Shown here in pieces: positions 10,075 to 19,303 of a stretch of 64,000 bases of DNA. The stretch's first letter is position 1. Each line of letters begins with the position of its first letter. The position numbers were made by a program, and so were the translations under genes. The notes beneath the pieces were generated by a model, which worked only from the letters and a program-made list of their open reading frames with translations, searched no databases and was not told the DNA's origin. The DNA comes from Gemmatimonadota bacterium (GTDB lineage: Bacteria; Gemmatimonadota; Gemmatimonadetes; Gemmatimonadales; GWC2-71-9), in assembly GCA_039586365.1 (NCBI GenBank), contig JBDHKN010000037.1, positions 10,846 to 74,845 of the forward strand. Direction: 5' to 3'.

Positions 10075-10626
10075 TCACCGCGAAGTCTGCAGCACCGCCG
10101 CCGTCAACTCCGCGATCTCCCTCTCCAGGACGCCCTTGGATGAGCAGTTCACAGGGTACGAGTTCACGTCCCTCGCCTTGGCACTCGCATCGATTGCGGT
10201 GTGGACCTGGGTGCCGCCACCCGACCGCTCACTGACCCAGGTTACCAAAGACACGGTCACACGATAGGTATCGGCATTGGCACCGGTCATGCCGCGTCCG
10301 CAATCCAGGTAGCGCGAGAGTCGTCTGCCACCGATGCGGCTGGGATGGAAGCTGCCACTCCCGAGCCGCATGTTCATCGTGTCGACCACCGCTATGGGGA
10401 TACGCAGCGAGTCGTAAACGACCGGAAGGGCACCCCACGCGGCCACCACACCAGCGCCAACCGAGTGTGCGGAGGCCGCGGTCCCATGAATCAGTTGGGC
10501 TTCGATGTCACCGCTCAGCTGGGTGATCGTCTGCCTGCCCGCTTCCGTGGGCGCGCCGTGTCGCGAGCTGGCGCAGCCAACGAACGCTAGAGCGACTGCA
10601 ACGAGAAGCGTGCGAACGTGCTTCAT
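10075..10626 (-). CDS. Hypothetical lipoprotein
   Basis: Lipobox FVGC; YLDCG...CSSKG Cys pair; CAGGAG RBS. Confidence 0.75.
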   Translation of the reverse strand: MKHVRTLLVAVALAFVGCASSRHGAPTEAGRQTITQLSGDIEAQLIHGTAASAHSVGAGVVAAWGALPVVYDSLRIPIAVVDTMNMRLGSGSFHPSRIGGRRLSRYLDCGRGMTGANADTYRVTVSLVTWVSERSGGGTQVHTAIDASAKARDVNSYPVNCSSKGVLEREIAELTAAVLQTSR

Positions 10627-10914
10627 TCAGTCTCCTGCAGGATCGCGGTCAACCTCCCACATCAACAAGTCCACCCCACGAAGAGTGCAGACTAGGCATA
10701 ATGCGGCCTGCGCTGCCGCTGTGCCAATGTAGGATCACGAGAGCTTGGATCGCAACTCTTGGAACACGGGTAGAGTCACGACCTGAGCTTGATTGCGTGG
10801 TGGTGGCGATGCCATCTGCCTGCGTGCGTCCAGCGTAACGGACTCGGTCCTGGCATGAAACCACAGTATCTTGGCATACGTCAGGATTCCGAGTGACTAT
10901 CACAGGAGCCTCGC

Positions 10915-11238
10915 ATGGATCCGCAGCTCATCGACCTCATCGAGGGCCCCCTGATCATCTCGTTCTTGGTGGGGATCACCTATGTCGTGAAGCTCATGTT
11001 CTGGGGTAAAGGGCCCGTACGTAGGCTCAAGGGATCCGCCGAGCCTGAAGCGCTGGAGCGGCGTATCGCAGAGCTGGAGGAGCGCTGGGAGCATCACCTC
11101 ACTCAAGTGGAATCCCTGCATTCAGGCCGCCTCGAGGAGTTGGAAGAGCGTGTCGATTTCACCGAGCGGTTGCTGGCCCAACGACGGCAGGAGGAACCTC
11201 CGGCGGCTCTTCACCCGGGGGTCTCGAATCCCGAATGA
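10915..11238 (+). CDS. Single-TM coiled-coil hypothetical protein
   Basis: N-terminal TM plus ELEERVDFTERLL motif; paralog at 56229-56522. Confidence 0.75.
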   Translation: MDPQLIDLIEGPLIISFLVGITYVVKLMFWGKGPVRRLKGSAEPEALERRIAELEERWEHHLTQVESLHSGRLEELEERVDFTERLLAQRRQEEPPAALHPGVSNPE

Positions 11239-11617
11239 CGGACGTCCGGCGGCACCAACTGCGACGGTCCCGCTTCAAACCAGCACAACCATGAACCTGA
11301 TCCCCGACACGCCGAGCGTGCCGGGGCCAATCGGACTGAATACTCGCAAATTCACTCATTTCCTGTTTGCTTCGACCACCACTTCAATCTCATCATTACC
11401 CAACACCAACAGGCCCGGAAAGATCAACGGTTTCCTCATGAGTTCCTCCCACCAATTGCGGTGTCTTTGTATCGCTTCTTGGAATGTAGGAACGCAGCAG
11501 GCCCTGGAGGGTTCTCAAGGTCGGCTCCTCGGGCCGCGGCGAATTTCGCCGGACCGACGAGGTAACGCGACCAGCCTAGTAGTCCGTCGGCCACGTGACT
11601 CTAACGAGCCTGCCGGA

Positions 11618-12301
11618 CTAGAAGTGGTAGTTGAAACCGAGCATGATCACCGGCTCGAACTTCGGCTGGCCGATAGCTGCGTCAGCCTCAGCGTACGTGT
11701 AGTCCTCGCGTGGGTTCACGTTGTCACCATCGGGACTGTACGCGGTATCATGACCGCTCAACGTACTGGAGACGAAGTATTCAGCGCCGGCAGTGACAAC
11801 CATATCCACCCGCGACCCGACACCGAAATGGCTCTCCAAGCCACCACCGAATCCCCAGTGTCTGCTCGAGATATCGAAGTCTTCGTTGCCCCCGACGAAA
11901 TTGAAGTTGCCGGTAAACCTGGCGTGGCGCACACCGCCGAAGAAATAGGCCCGCCGTAGCGACAGCACCTGCGCGGGGTATAGGAAGTCCAACCTGAAGT
12001 TCCAGGTCCTGCCACTCTCCTCCGGTATACCGTTGGTGTTGTTGTTGATGAAGATGCGCCGAGCATCAATGGCTACTCCGGGTTCGACCGAAGTGCGACG
12101 GATACCCAAACGGGCCTGAAACGGGAAGCCCTGTGCGAAGTCTGCTACGACACCCTGCAATTCGACACCCAGACCAGAGTTGTAACCCACCTGGAGACCG
12201 GCTGCAAACCGTGGCTGCGACGATCCGCCCGGTACTTGCGCGGTCAGCCCGGAGCTGAGAGCGCCCAGTAAAGCGAGTCCCACCGCTGTCTTCCTGACCA
12301 T
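11618..12301 (-). CDS. Outer-membrane beta-barrel protein
   Basis: Signal peptide, alternating beta strands, C-terminal GFNYHF. Confidence 0.8.
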   Translation of the reverse strand: MVRKTAVGLALLGALSSGLTAQVPGGSSQPRFAAGLQVGYNSGLGVELQGVVADFAQGFPFQARLGIRRTSVEPGVAIDARRIFINNNTNGIPEESGRTWNFRLDFLYPAQVLSLRRAYFFGGVRHARFTGNFNFVGGNEDFDISSRHWGFGGGLESHFGVGSRVDMVVTAGAEYFVSSTLSGHDTAYSPDGDNVNPREDYTYAEADAAIGQPKFEPVIMLGFNYHF

Positions 12302-12443
12302 TGTGATCCCTCCAACTCAGTGCGATGACGCAACTTCCAGCAGGCTGAGCCAGCCAGCTATGACTTAAGTCACAGCCTACACGCAATGGCAAAAACCGTT
12401 CCCAAGCCCCGCACCACAATAGTCTAACTGCCACCCGCGATCT

Positions 12444-12842
12444 TCAGCGGTGCCCGCGGCCGCCACCCCTGTCAATTCTGTGAGGCGGCATTCCGGCCGC
12501 CCTTCTCAGTTCGTGCGGCTTGATCGCTACAGGTACGAGTCGAACGGTCACAGCGGTGTCAGCAGACAGCTGTATCGCGACCTCCCGCGGTTGGTGTCCC
12601 ATGCACCGAATCCGCAAGGTGTAACTGCCTGCTTCGGCCACCAGAACGAACCTACCGTCGGTCCCCGATTTGGTTGCAACGACCGTGTCGCGGTCGGAGT
12701 TCAGCAGGACAACATCGAGACCCTTGATGGGCGCTGCGGTCACGCTGTCAACCACCTGGCCACGGATGGTCTGGGAGTGAAGCGGAGTCACGAGAACACC
12801 GACCAAGGCTGCAACTGTAAGCACGCTCTGCCAGAAACTCAT
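12444..12842 (-). CDS. Secreted carboxypeptidase-regulatory-like domain protein (possibly truncated)
   Basis: Signal peptide; TIRGQVVDS...DGRFVL...AGSYTLRI pattern. Confidence 0.7.
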   Translation of the reverse strand: MSFWQSVLTVAALVGVLVTPLHSQTIRGQVVDSVTAAPIKGLDVVLLNSDRDTVVATKSGTDGRFVLVAEAGSYTLRIRCMGHQPREVAIQLSADTAVTVRLVPVAIKPHELRRAAGMPPHRIDRGGGRGHR

Positions 12843-13182
12843 CTGCCCACCTCTGGTCAAGATGACGGTGTGCACAGATACCTCCTGAGTAGGACGTTAG
12901 TGGTAGCGTCGGTGGTCTTGGTCTCGTCGTCAGCGGGCGTCGTACTGCGGCGTCTGTCAGGCGGCGGGGCAGGCTAAGGCCACCGGCGTACTCCATGCAT
13001 TCGCAGTGAGGCTCAGGTGACTACAGAATCATGTGTCCTGGGTGGGGCGTCGGCAAGTGGCAGTTATGACAGCACCACGCTCTCGGGCTTGCTTGAGCCA
13101 GGGCGATCATCCATATACCATGTGCCCTGCGTAATGCCGGCCAGCAGTTGGAATCCAGAACTACCCTACCGGGAGGCTATAG

Positions 13183-15291
13183 ATGTTCAGACGAGCGACT
13201 TTCCTCGCAGCCGCATTTGCGCTGCTGTCCAGCGCAGCGGGTCTGGCTCAAATGACGCCGTGGTACCAATGGACCTTGCTTACCCCAGAGACCATGGACG
13301 AGATCATCGGGGAGGCTTCGGGCGAGACAGCGTACAACACCATCATGGAGACCGGCGGATACAACAAGGACCGTTTGGCGCCAGAGTACGAGGGGACCTA
13401 CTACGAAACACAGTACATCTACGATCAGCTGTTGCTCTACGGCCTCCCGGGTGCTGAGATAGCACGTTTCCCTGGCGGGCAAGTCTGGGATGGTATCAAA
13501 GGAGAGCTTTGGGAGGTAAGCCCCATACGACAAAAGCTCGCTTCCTATCAGGACATGAGGGCGATGCTCGCCAATGGGAGCACGGACGCGGACGTCACCG
13601 CCGAGCTCGTATGGGTAGGCAGGGGAACGACGGAGGAGTTGGAGGGGATGGATGTCCGCGGCAAGATAGTTGTCACTGAAGGCTCGATTGGCAGCGTGCA
13701 CCAGCAAGCTTGCCAGACAATGGGCGCACTTGGCGTCGTCTCGGTTGCCAACAACCGGCCTCACTTTGATCCACTGCAGATTCCGTGGAGTGGTGTCAGG
13801 GGACGGGGTGCAGGAGATCAGCCAGCAAAGTTCGGTTTCTTCATCCCCCCACGCGAGGGGGCAGAGCTCAAGAGGCGGCTGCTGGATGGACACCGGATTA
13901 CAGTCCGTGCCGAGGTAGAGACTACAATCAGACAATACGATCTCGAGGACCCAGTCGCGTACATCCCCGGCACCGATCCCGAGGCCGGTGAGGTGATCCT
14001 CTCAGCGCACCTGTTTGAGGGCTACGTTAAGCAAGGTGCCAATGACAACAAGTCTGGCAGCGCCACCATTCTCGAGGTTGCCCGCACGCTCCACACACTC
14101 ATCGAGCAAGGCCGGATTCCCCGTCCCAGGCGGACGATCAGGTTCCTGTGGGGACCGGAGTTCTCCGGCACCGGTCCGTGGGTTGTGGCGCACAAGGACA
14201 TCATGGAGCGTACGCTGGCCAACATAAACATGGACATGGTGGGCGAGTGGCTGAGCTTGAACAAGGCCTACATGACACTCGTGCGAACCTCGTACGGCAA
14301 TCCTCACTTCGTCAATGACGTGATGGAGAACTACTATCGGTTCGTAGGAGAGGCCAACCGGGAGCGAATCCAGAACCGACGGGATTATTTCAAGATCCCG
14401 CGCAGGATTGTGGCACCTTCCGGAGCAGATGAACCATTCTACTACGCCATCGACACTCATTACGGCGCATCGGATCACATGGTGTTCAACGATTGGGGAG
14501 TTCAGGTGCCCGGCATCATGATGATTGCGTGGCCGGACCAGTGGTACCACACTTCCGGCGACAGGGTCGATAAATCCGATCCGACCCAGCTGAAGCGGGT
14601 AGCGGTAATAGGTGCAGCCGGTGCATACACGATAGCGAGCGCAGATGACGACATGGCGATAAGGCTCGCCGGCGAGATCGCCAGCAACGGGACCCGGCGC
14701 CTCGGCCATCAGTTTGCGATGGGGCTGGAGCGACTAAACGGCGCGGGCGCCAGCGACCTGCTCGATCAGTACAAATGGGCTCGGGCACACGTCGAAGCGG
14801 CGATTATTAACGAAAAGAGCACGCTGGAAACGGTGCTACAGCTCGCGACTGACACGGACAGGGTCGGAGCCTACGTGAGTAAGATGCAGGAGACCGTCGC
14901 ACAGATCGGAGAGACTCATCTTGCAGCGCTAGAGACGCACATGGAGGCGGCGGCTCTACGGTGTGGGGCTCAACCGGTCCAGCTGCGGATGACCGATCTG
15001 GAGCGCAGGGCAGCACGCCTGGTCCCGAGGCAGACCTCACGGGTGAAGGAGAACGGATACCGCGGCTGGCAGGTCTATCTGCAGCAAGTCGCGCCAGAAG
15101 CGCGGCAGCGGTTTCCGTATGGCAACGAAGACATCGCCAGCACCAGTGAACTGAATCTGCTCATCAACGGTAAGAACAGCGTATTGGACATCAAGAAGAT
15201 GCTGGATGCTCAGTACCAGACCACCTCAGATCTCCAGGCGATCATCAACTACATCGAGATCCTCAAGCTGGCAGGCCTGGCAGAAATGTAG
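13183..15291 (+). CDS. Secreted M28-family aminopeptidase with PA domain (DUF4910-like)
   Basis: SAHL, GANDNKSG, WGPEF, NINMDMVG, SDH, WYHTSGD zinc-ligand motifs. Confidence 0.88.
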   Translation: MFRRATFLAAAFALLSSAAGLAQMTPWYQWTLLTPETMDEIIGEASGETAYNTIMETGGYNKDRLAPEYEGTYYETQYIYDQLLLYGLPGAEIARFPGGQVWDGIKGELWEVSPIRQKLASYQDMRAMLANGSTDADVTAELVWVGRGTTEELEGMDVRGKIVVTEGSIGSVHQQACQTMGALGVVSVANNRPHFDPLQIPWSGVRGRGAGDQPAKFGFFIPPREGAELKRRLLDGHRITVRAEVETTIRQYDLEDPVAYIPGTDPEAGEVILSAHLFEGYVKQGANDNKSGSATILEVARTLHTLIEQGRIPRPRRTIRFLWGPEFSGTGPWVVAHKDIMERTLANINMDMVGEWLSLNKAYMTLVRTSYGNPHFVNDVMENYYRFVGEANRERIQNRRDYFKIPRRIVAPSGADEPFYYAIDTHYGASDHMVFNDWGVQVPGIMMIAWPDQWYHTSGDRVDKSDPTQLKRVAVIGAAGAYTIASADDDMAIRLAGEIASNGTRRLGHQFAMGLERLNGAGASDLLDQYKWARAHVEAAIINEKSTLETVLQLATDTDRVGAYVSKMQETVAQIGETHLAALETHMEAAALRCGAQPVQLRMTDLERRAARLVPRQTSRVKENGYRGWQVYLQQVAPEARQRFPYGNEDIASTSELNLLINGKNSVLDIKKMLDAQYQTTSDLQAIINYIEILKLAGLAEM

Positions 15292-15315
15292 GTCCGGTAG
15301 CAAGCAGCTGTGCGT

Positions 15316-15350
15316 CAAGAGGGGCGAGTGAGACCCGCCCCTCTTGTTCT
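15316..15350. terminator. Intrinsic terminator between convergent genes
   Basis: CAAGAGGGGCG-N9-CGCCCCTCTTG stem. Confidence 0.7.
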
Positions 15351-15351
15351 C

Positions 15352-15765
15352 TCAAATCCCAAGGGCCTTTACTGCTCTCTGGTATTCTTCGGCTTCTACA
15401 TACAAGACATAACCAAAACCACCCCTACCATCAGCCACTCCGCTGGACACAGAGACATTGACATCGGCTTCATACAGCGTTTCGTGGATACCCTCCAGCG
15501 CACCAAGCTCGTCGTCCCCCTGAACCAGCAATGCCGGGTGCGGTCCATCGACCTTCCATCCGGCCTGTTTGGCCTCGTGCGCCAGCTTAGCCGTATCCTC
15601 CGGAAACAGCGTGACCCGAGTGTTCATTGGACCCTCGGGGAACAAGGCAAAAGCAACGAGATTGACCCCCAACGCTTTGAGCTGGGAGAGCCGCTTATAC
15701 GCTTCTCCCGGACGGTCTCGTACTTTCGTGTTGTAGTAGTAGATCCTGCTGATCGTCGTCGCCAT
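15352..15765 (-). CDS. Tandem ACT-domain-like protein
   Basis: VRDRPGE and GDDELGAL ACT-like repeats; AGGAGGAGG RBS. Confidence 0.75.
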   Translation of the reverse strand: MATTISRIYYYNTKVRDRPGEAYKRLSQLKALGVNLVAFALFPEGPMNTRVTLFPEDTAKLAHEAKQAGWKVDGPHPALLVQGDDELGALEGIHETLYEADVNVSVSSGVADGRGGFGYVLYVEAEEYQRAVKALGI

Positions 15766-15926
15766 GACGCCTCCTCCTGGCCTCCTGCCGCCAGGGCAGC
15801 AGGCCGTCGGCACCCCTCGATTGCCATCGTTCTGAATCCTACAGCTGCGCGGATGCCGCAGCTATGATGCAGCTTGGAGCCCGCTCCTGCAAGTAGGGGA
15901 CAAGAGCCTGCACAGACAGATCAGCA

Positions 15927-15957
15927 ACACCGGCTACCGCCGTGGCGGTGCCGGTGT
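15927..15957. terminator. Hairpin downstream of the LysM gene
   Basis: ACACCGGCTACCGCC / GGCGGTGCCGGTGT stem. Confidence 0.45.
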
Positions 15958-15968
15958 CATACCGCTGC

Positions 15969-16415
15969 TCAAAGCGATGGAATGCGGAGGACCTGACCGG
16001 GGTAGATCAGGTTGGGATCCTCCAACATGGGCTGGTTGGCCTCGAAGATCACGGTGTACTTCATGACATCACCGTAGTACTCCTTGGCAATCTTGGACAG
16101 TGAATCGCCCTTTTTCACCGTGTAGAACTGTGCCTCTGCAGCCGTTTCGGCCGTCTCCAGGCGGTCGTCGACCCGAGCAACACCCTCAGTGTTCCCTAGC
16201 GCTAGTACGACCTTCTCACGCTCGGCCTGAGTCTTGGTGGTGCCCGACACGGTAACCACGCCATCGTCGAATTTCACCTGCAGATCATCAACTTCTAGCC
16301 CGAGACCCATCACGAACCTTCTCAACTTGTTCGACTTGATAGCCTCGTCGACCTGCTCCTGTGACACGTCCTCTTCCTTGCGTCCAGAGCTCTTGAGAAA
16401 ATCGAACACACCCAC
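15969..16415 (-). CDS. BON+LysM protein (YgaU/Kbp family)
   Basis: GTG start after AAGGAG; GVFDFLK; YTVKKGDSLSKIAK...IYPGQVLRIP. Confidence 0.9.
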   Translation of the reverse strand: MGVFDFLKSSGRKEEDVSQEQVDEAIKSNKLRRFVMGLGLEVDDLQVKFDDGVVTVSGTTKTQAEREKVVLALGNTEGVARVDDRLETAETAAEAQFYTVKKGDSLSKIAKEYYGDVMKYTVIFEANQPMLEDPNLIYPGQVLRIPSL

Positions 16416-16452
16416 GCTAGTCTCCTTGTTCCGGGTTATGTCGAGATACGAG

Positions 16453-17052
16453 TCAGCGACCCCCAAAGAGGCCACCCAGCAAACCCTTCCCAAGCTTCGC
16501 GGCAATGTCGTCTGCGATGCTCCCGTCCCCATCCGCGTCCAGCAGTTGCCCGAGCATCCCGGCCGCGGGGCTCGACTGTTCCATATGTTGCCGCTCCGAT
16601 CCCAGCATGCTGGCGAGTGCCCCGGCATCCAGGTTCTGCTGGCGCTTCTGTCGACCCAACGCACCCATCACAATCGGGGCCAAGATGGGGAGCAATTTCG
16701 TGACCATCGAAAGATCCAAGCCACTTGCTTTGCTGACACCGGTCTCAACCGCGTTGCGCCGGCCACCCAACAAGTGGCCGAGGATTCCGTTGCCGTCATC
16801 GACGTCGGGGGAGTCCAGAAACCCGCCTAGGTTGTCCATCACCCCGCCGTCGTGCTTGCCCAGCGCCCGTTCCAGCGCCTCAGCACCGCTCGTCTGGGCC
16901 GTGTTCTTCGCGAGGGCACTGAGCAAGACTGGCAATGCCGCTCCCACAGCATTCTGAGTTGTGGTGGGATCGGCACCGACCTGGCGACTCAGCCGGCCCA
17001 CGCTCTGTTGGTTGGTCAGTTGCTCCAGGAGCATCTGTGCTAGTGATGACAT
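16453..17052 (-). CDS. DUF937 family protein
   Basis: DGNGILGHLLG, LLPILAPIVMGAL, LDADGDGSIADD. Confidence 0.85.
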   Translation of the reverse strand: MSSLAQMLLEQLTNQQSVGRLSRQVGADPTTTQNAVGAALPVLLSALAKNTAQTSGAEALERALGKHDGGVMDNLGGFLDSPDVDDGNGILGHLLGGRRNAVETGVSKASGLDLSMVTKLLPILAPIVMGALGRQKRQQNLDAGALASMLGSERQHMEQSSPAAGMLGQLLDADGDGSIADDIAAKLGKGLLGGLFGGR

Positions 17053-17452
17053 TTGTCGTCTCCGCGGCGAGAGTTAGCAGCAGTCACAGCGTTCGCGTCT
17101 CCGACCACAGGATCGTAGTGCGCCCCCGCAAACCTGAAGTGAGTAAAACTAAGCACCGGCCGGCTCAACGAAAGGACTCGCTTGAGCAGTAGTCCTCGCT
17201 ACCATCCCGTACCCGCACCACCTTGCAGGTTTAGCTCAGTTCGACAGCAAGGTCCCGATCTTCGATCAGCGAAGGACCAACAGTGACGGATCGTGGGACA
17301 GAGCTGTACTCACGCGCATGATAGTGAGGTCAATCACAGTTTCGTAGATCGACCGGCGGGATATTGAGTGCCACCAGCAGCGATGGCGGCTGTAGGATCC
17401 GGTACGCCGTGAAACTCAACTTGAGTCAGTCAGAAACGGGAGTGCTCCGACC

Positions 17453-17950
17453 ATGAAAGCACGCGGACTAATCTCCATCATGGCCTGCACAATCGTGTGT
17501 GCCTGCGGCAGCGATACAGACCAAGTGAGACAGGTCGCCGAGGCGTTCTGGGACGCCAGCAAGGCCGGGGACATGGAGTTGGCCCAAACATACGTGAGCG
17601 AGTCCAGTACCTTCAGGCCCAACCAATCAGACAACGATTCACCTCCTGGCGATGTGAAGCTCGGACGGATCGAGGTGAACGGAGACGAGGCCACGGTCGA
17701 AACCACCGTCACAGGACTCAATGAGGAGACCCCCTTTGATGTAGAGTTCGAGACCGCCATGGTACTCGAGAACGGCGAGTGGAAAGTGAATATGGACAAG
17801 ACCGCCGGTAGCATGATGCAGGGTGCTTTTGCAGCTATGGCTGAGGCGATGGGTAGCGCAATGTCTGGATTGGCGGAAGGGATGGCCGGTGCGCTCAAAG
17901 AGGGTTTTGAGAACATGGGGGATTCACTGGCAAACACCGCCAAGAGATAG
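17453..17950 (+). CDS. Hypothetical lipoprotein (DUF4878-like)
   Basis: Lipobox CACG; NGDEATVE...ENGEWKV. Confidence 0.7.
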   Translation: MKARGLISIMACTIVCACGSDTDQVRQVAEAFWDASKAGDMELAQTYVSESSTFRPNQSDNDSPPGDVKLGRIEVNGDEATVETTVTGLNEETPFDVEFETAMVLENGEWKVNMDKTAGSMMQGAFAAMAEAMGSAMSGLAEGMAGALKEGFENMGDSLANTAKR

Positions 17951-17987
17951 ACTGACAGCTATCGGCGGTCGGCTGTCGGGAGTGAGC

Positions 17988-18788
17988 ATGAGGAAACTAC
18001 TGGTCATCGGTACTTCGATGCCGGTCATCTCATTCATTGGCTTCGGCCTGACCAGCTGCAATAACAGCCCATTCGAAACCGACGACGCCTTCGCAGGTGC
18101 CGTCATCGCCGGGCATGAAGCGGCTGTGGCCTTCGACACGCTCCCGTTGAATCTGCTCGACTTCATCCGGGACAACTACAGGATCTACTACGGCCACACC
18201 TCGCATGGCAGCCAGATCATGACTGGGCTCAATATGCTGGCGACACAGAGCGCCGACTACGCACTCCCCGACTTCCACGAGGTGAGTGGAGATCTGGGCT
18301 ACAACGGCGACGTCACTTGGGCCAGTTCCACTCGCACCTTCCTGGAAGCCCACCCGGGTGAGTACAACGTCGTAATGTGGTCATGGTGTGGCGGTGTGTC
18401 GGACAACACCACTGCCGGTATCCAAACCTATCTGGACACCATGTCACAGCTCGAGGCGGATTATCCATTCGTCACATTCATCTACATGACCGGCCACTTG
18501 GACGGCACTGGTACCAGCGGGAACCTCTACGCACGCAACGACCAGATCCGTGTCTTCACATCCACCAATAGAAAGGCGCTGTTCGACTTCGCAGACGTCG
18601 AAAGCTATGACCCGGCGGGTCACTACTACTCGGACGCATCCGACGACTGCGGTTGGTGTTCGGATTGGTGTGCCACACACAGCTGTCCCACCTGTTCCTC
18701 GTGCGCACACTCACACTGTCTCAACTGCTATCTGAAGGGGAAAGCGTTCTGGTCGATGATGGCGCAGATCGCCGGCCGTGAGTCGTAG
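17988..18788 (+). CDS. Hypothetical lipoprotein, alpha/beta hydrolase-like with Cys-rich C-terminus
   Basis: LTSC lipobox; YGHTSHGSQI, MWSWCGG, YMTGHLDG, CAHSHCLNC. Confidence 0.75.
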   Translation: MRKLLVIGTSMPVISFIGFGLTSCNNSPFETDDAFAGAVIAGHEAAVAFDTLPLNLLDFIRDNYRIYYGHTSHGSQIMTGLNMLATQSADYALPDFHEVSGDLGYNGDVTWASSTRTFLEAHPGEYNVVMWSWCGGVSDNTTAGIQTYLDTMSQLEADYPFVTFIYMTGHLDGTGTSGNLYARNDQIRVFTSTNRKALFDFADVESYDPAGHYYSDASDDCGWCSDWCATHSCPTCSSCAHSHCLNCYLKGKAFWSMMAQIAGRES

Positions 18789-18889
18789 CCGTCAAACGTC
18801 GGCTCATAACAGGACCGATGCTCAGTTGGAACCCAACCGATCCTTGGCGGGTGGAGCGTTGCGGGCGCCCTGGTTGAGATCGGAGCGCT

Positions 18890-19240
18890 CTAGTTAACAC
18901 CAGGTCTGCCAGCTACCATGTTGGCGTATGCCTCGAGTGCCTCGGCAGTCGACACGTACTTGAAGGTCATGTCGGTGATCCTAAGTAGCTCCTCCTCGCT
19001 CATGAGAAGTTCCATGTCCGCACGCTGGAAGTGAGCGTAGATGTCCTGGGCAGAGACGACTACCGGCACCAGAGTAAAGCGTTGCACATCGATCCTTAGA
19101 TTGAGGATAGCGAGAGTGAACCACAGATCTCAAACGGCCTTGAGAGAGGACCGCAACAAGTCTCGCGCATCCCATGGATCGAGGCTGTGAGTCAGATCAC
19201 GGTGTCGGTCTCGGTTTTGATCCGGTTGTCTCGTTGGCAC
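18890..19240 (-). pseudogene. Possible hypothetical gene interrupted by an in-frame TGA (19130-19132)
   Basis: Frame is open on both sides of one TGA (..SSLKAV*DLWFTLAILNLRIDVQRF..). Confidence 0.3.
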
Positions 19241-19303
19241 TCAACATCACCTTGAGTCAAGTCTCCGGCAGCCTAACCACGAGGGAGCCTCCCGCTGGCT
19301 GTT

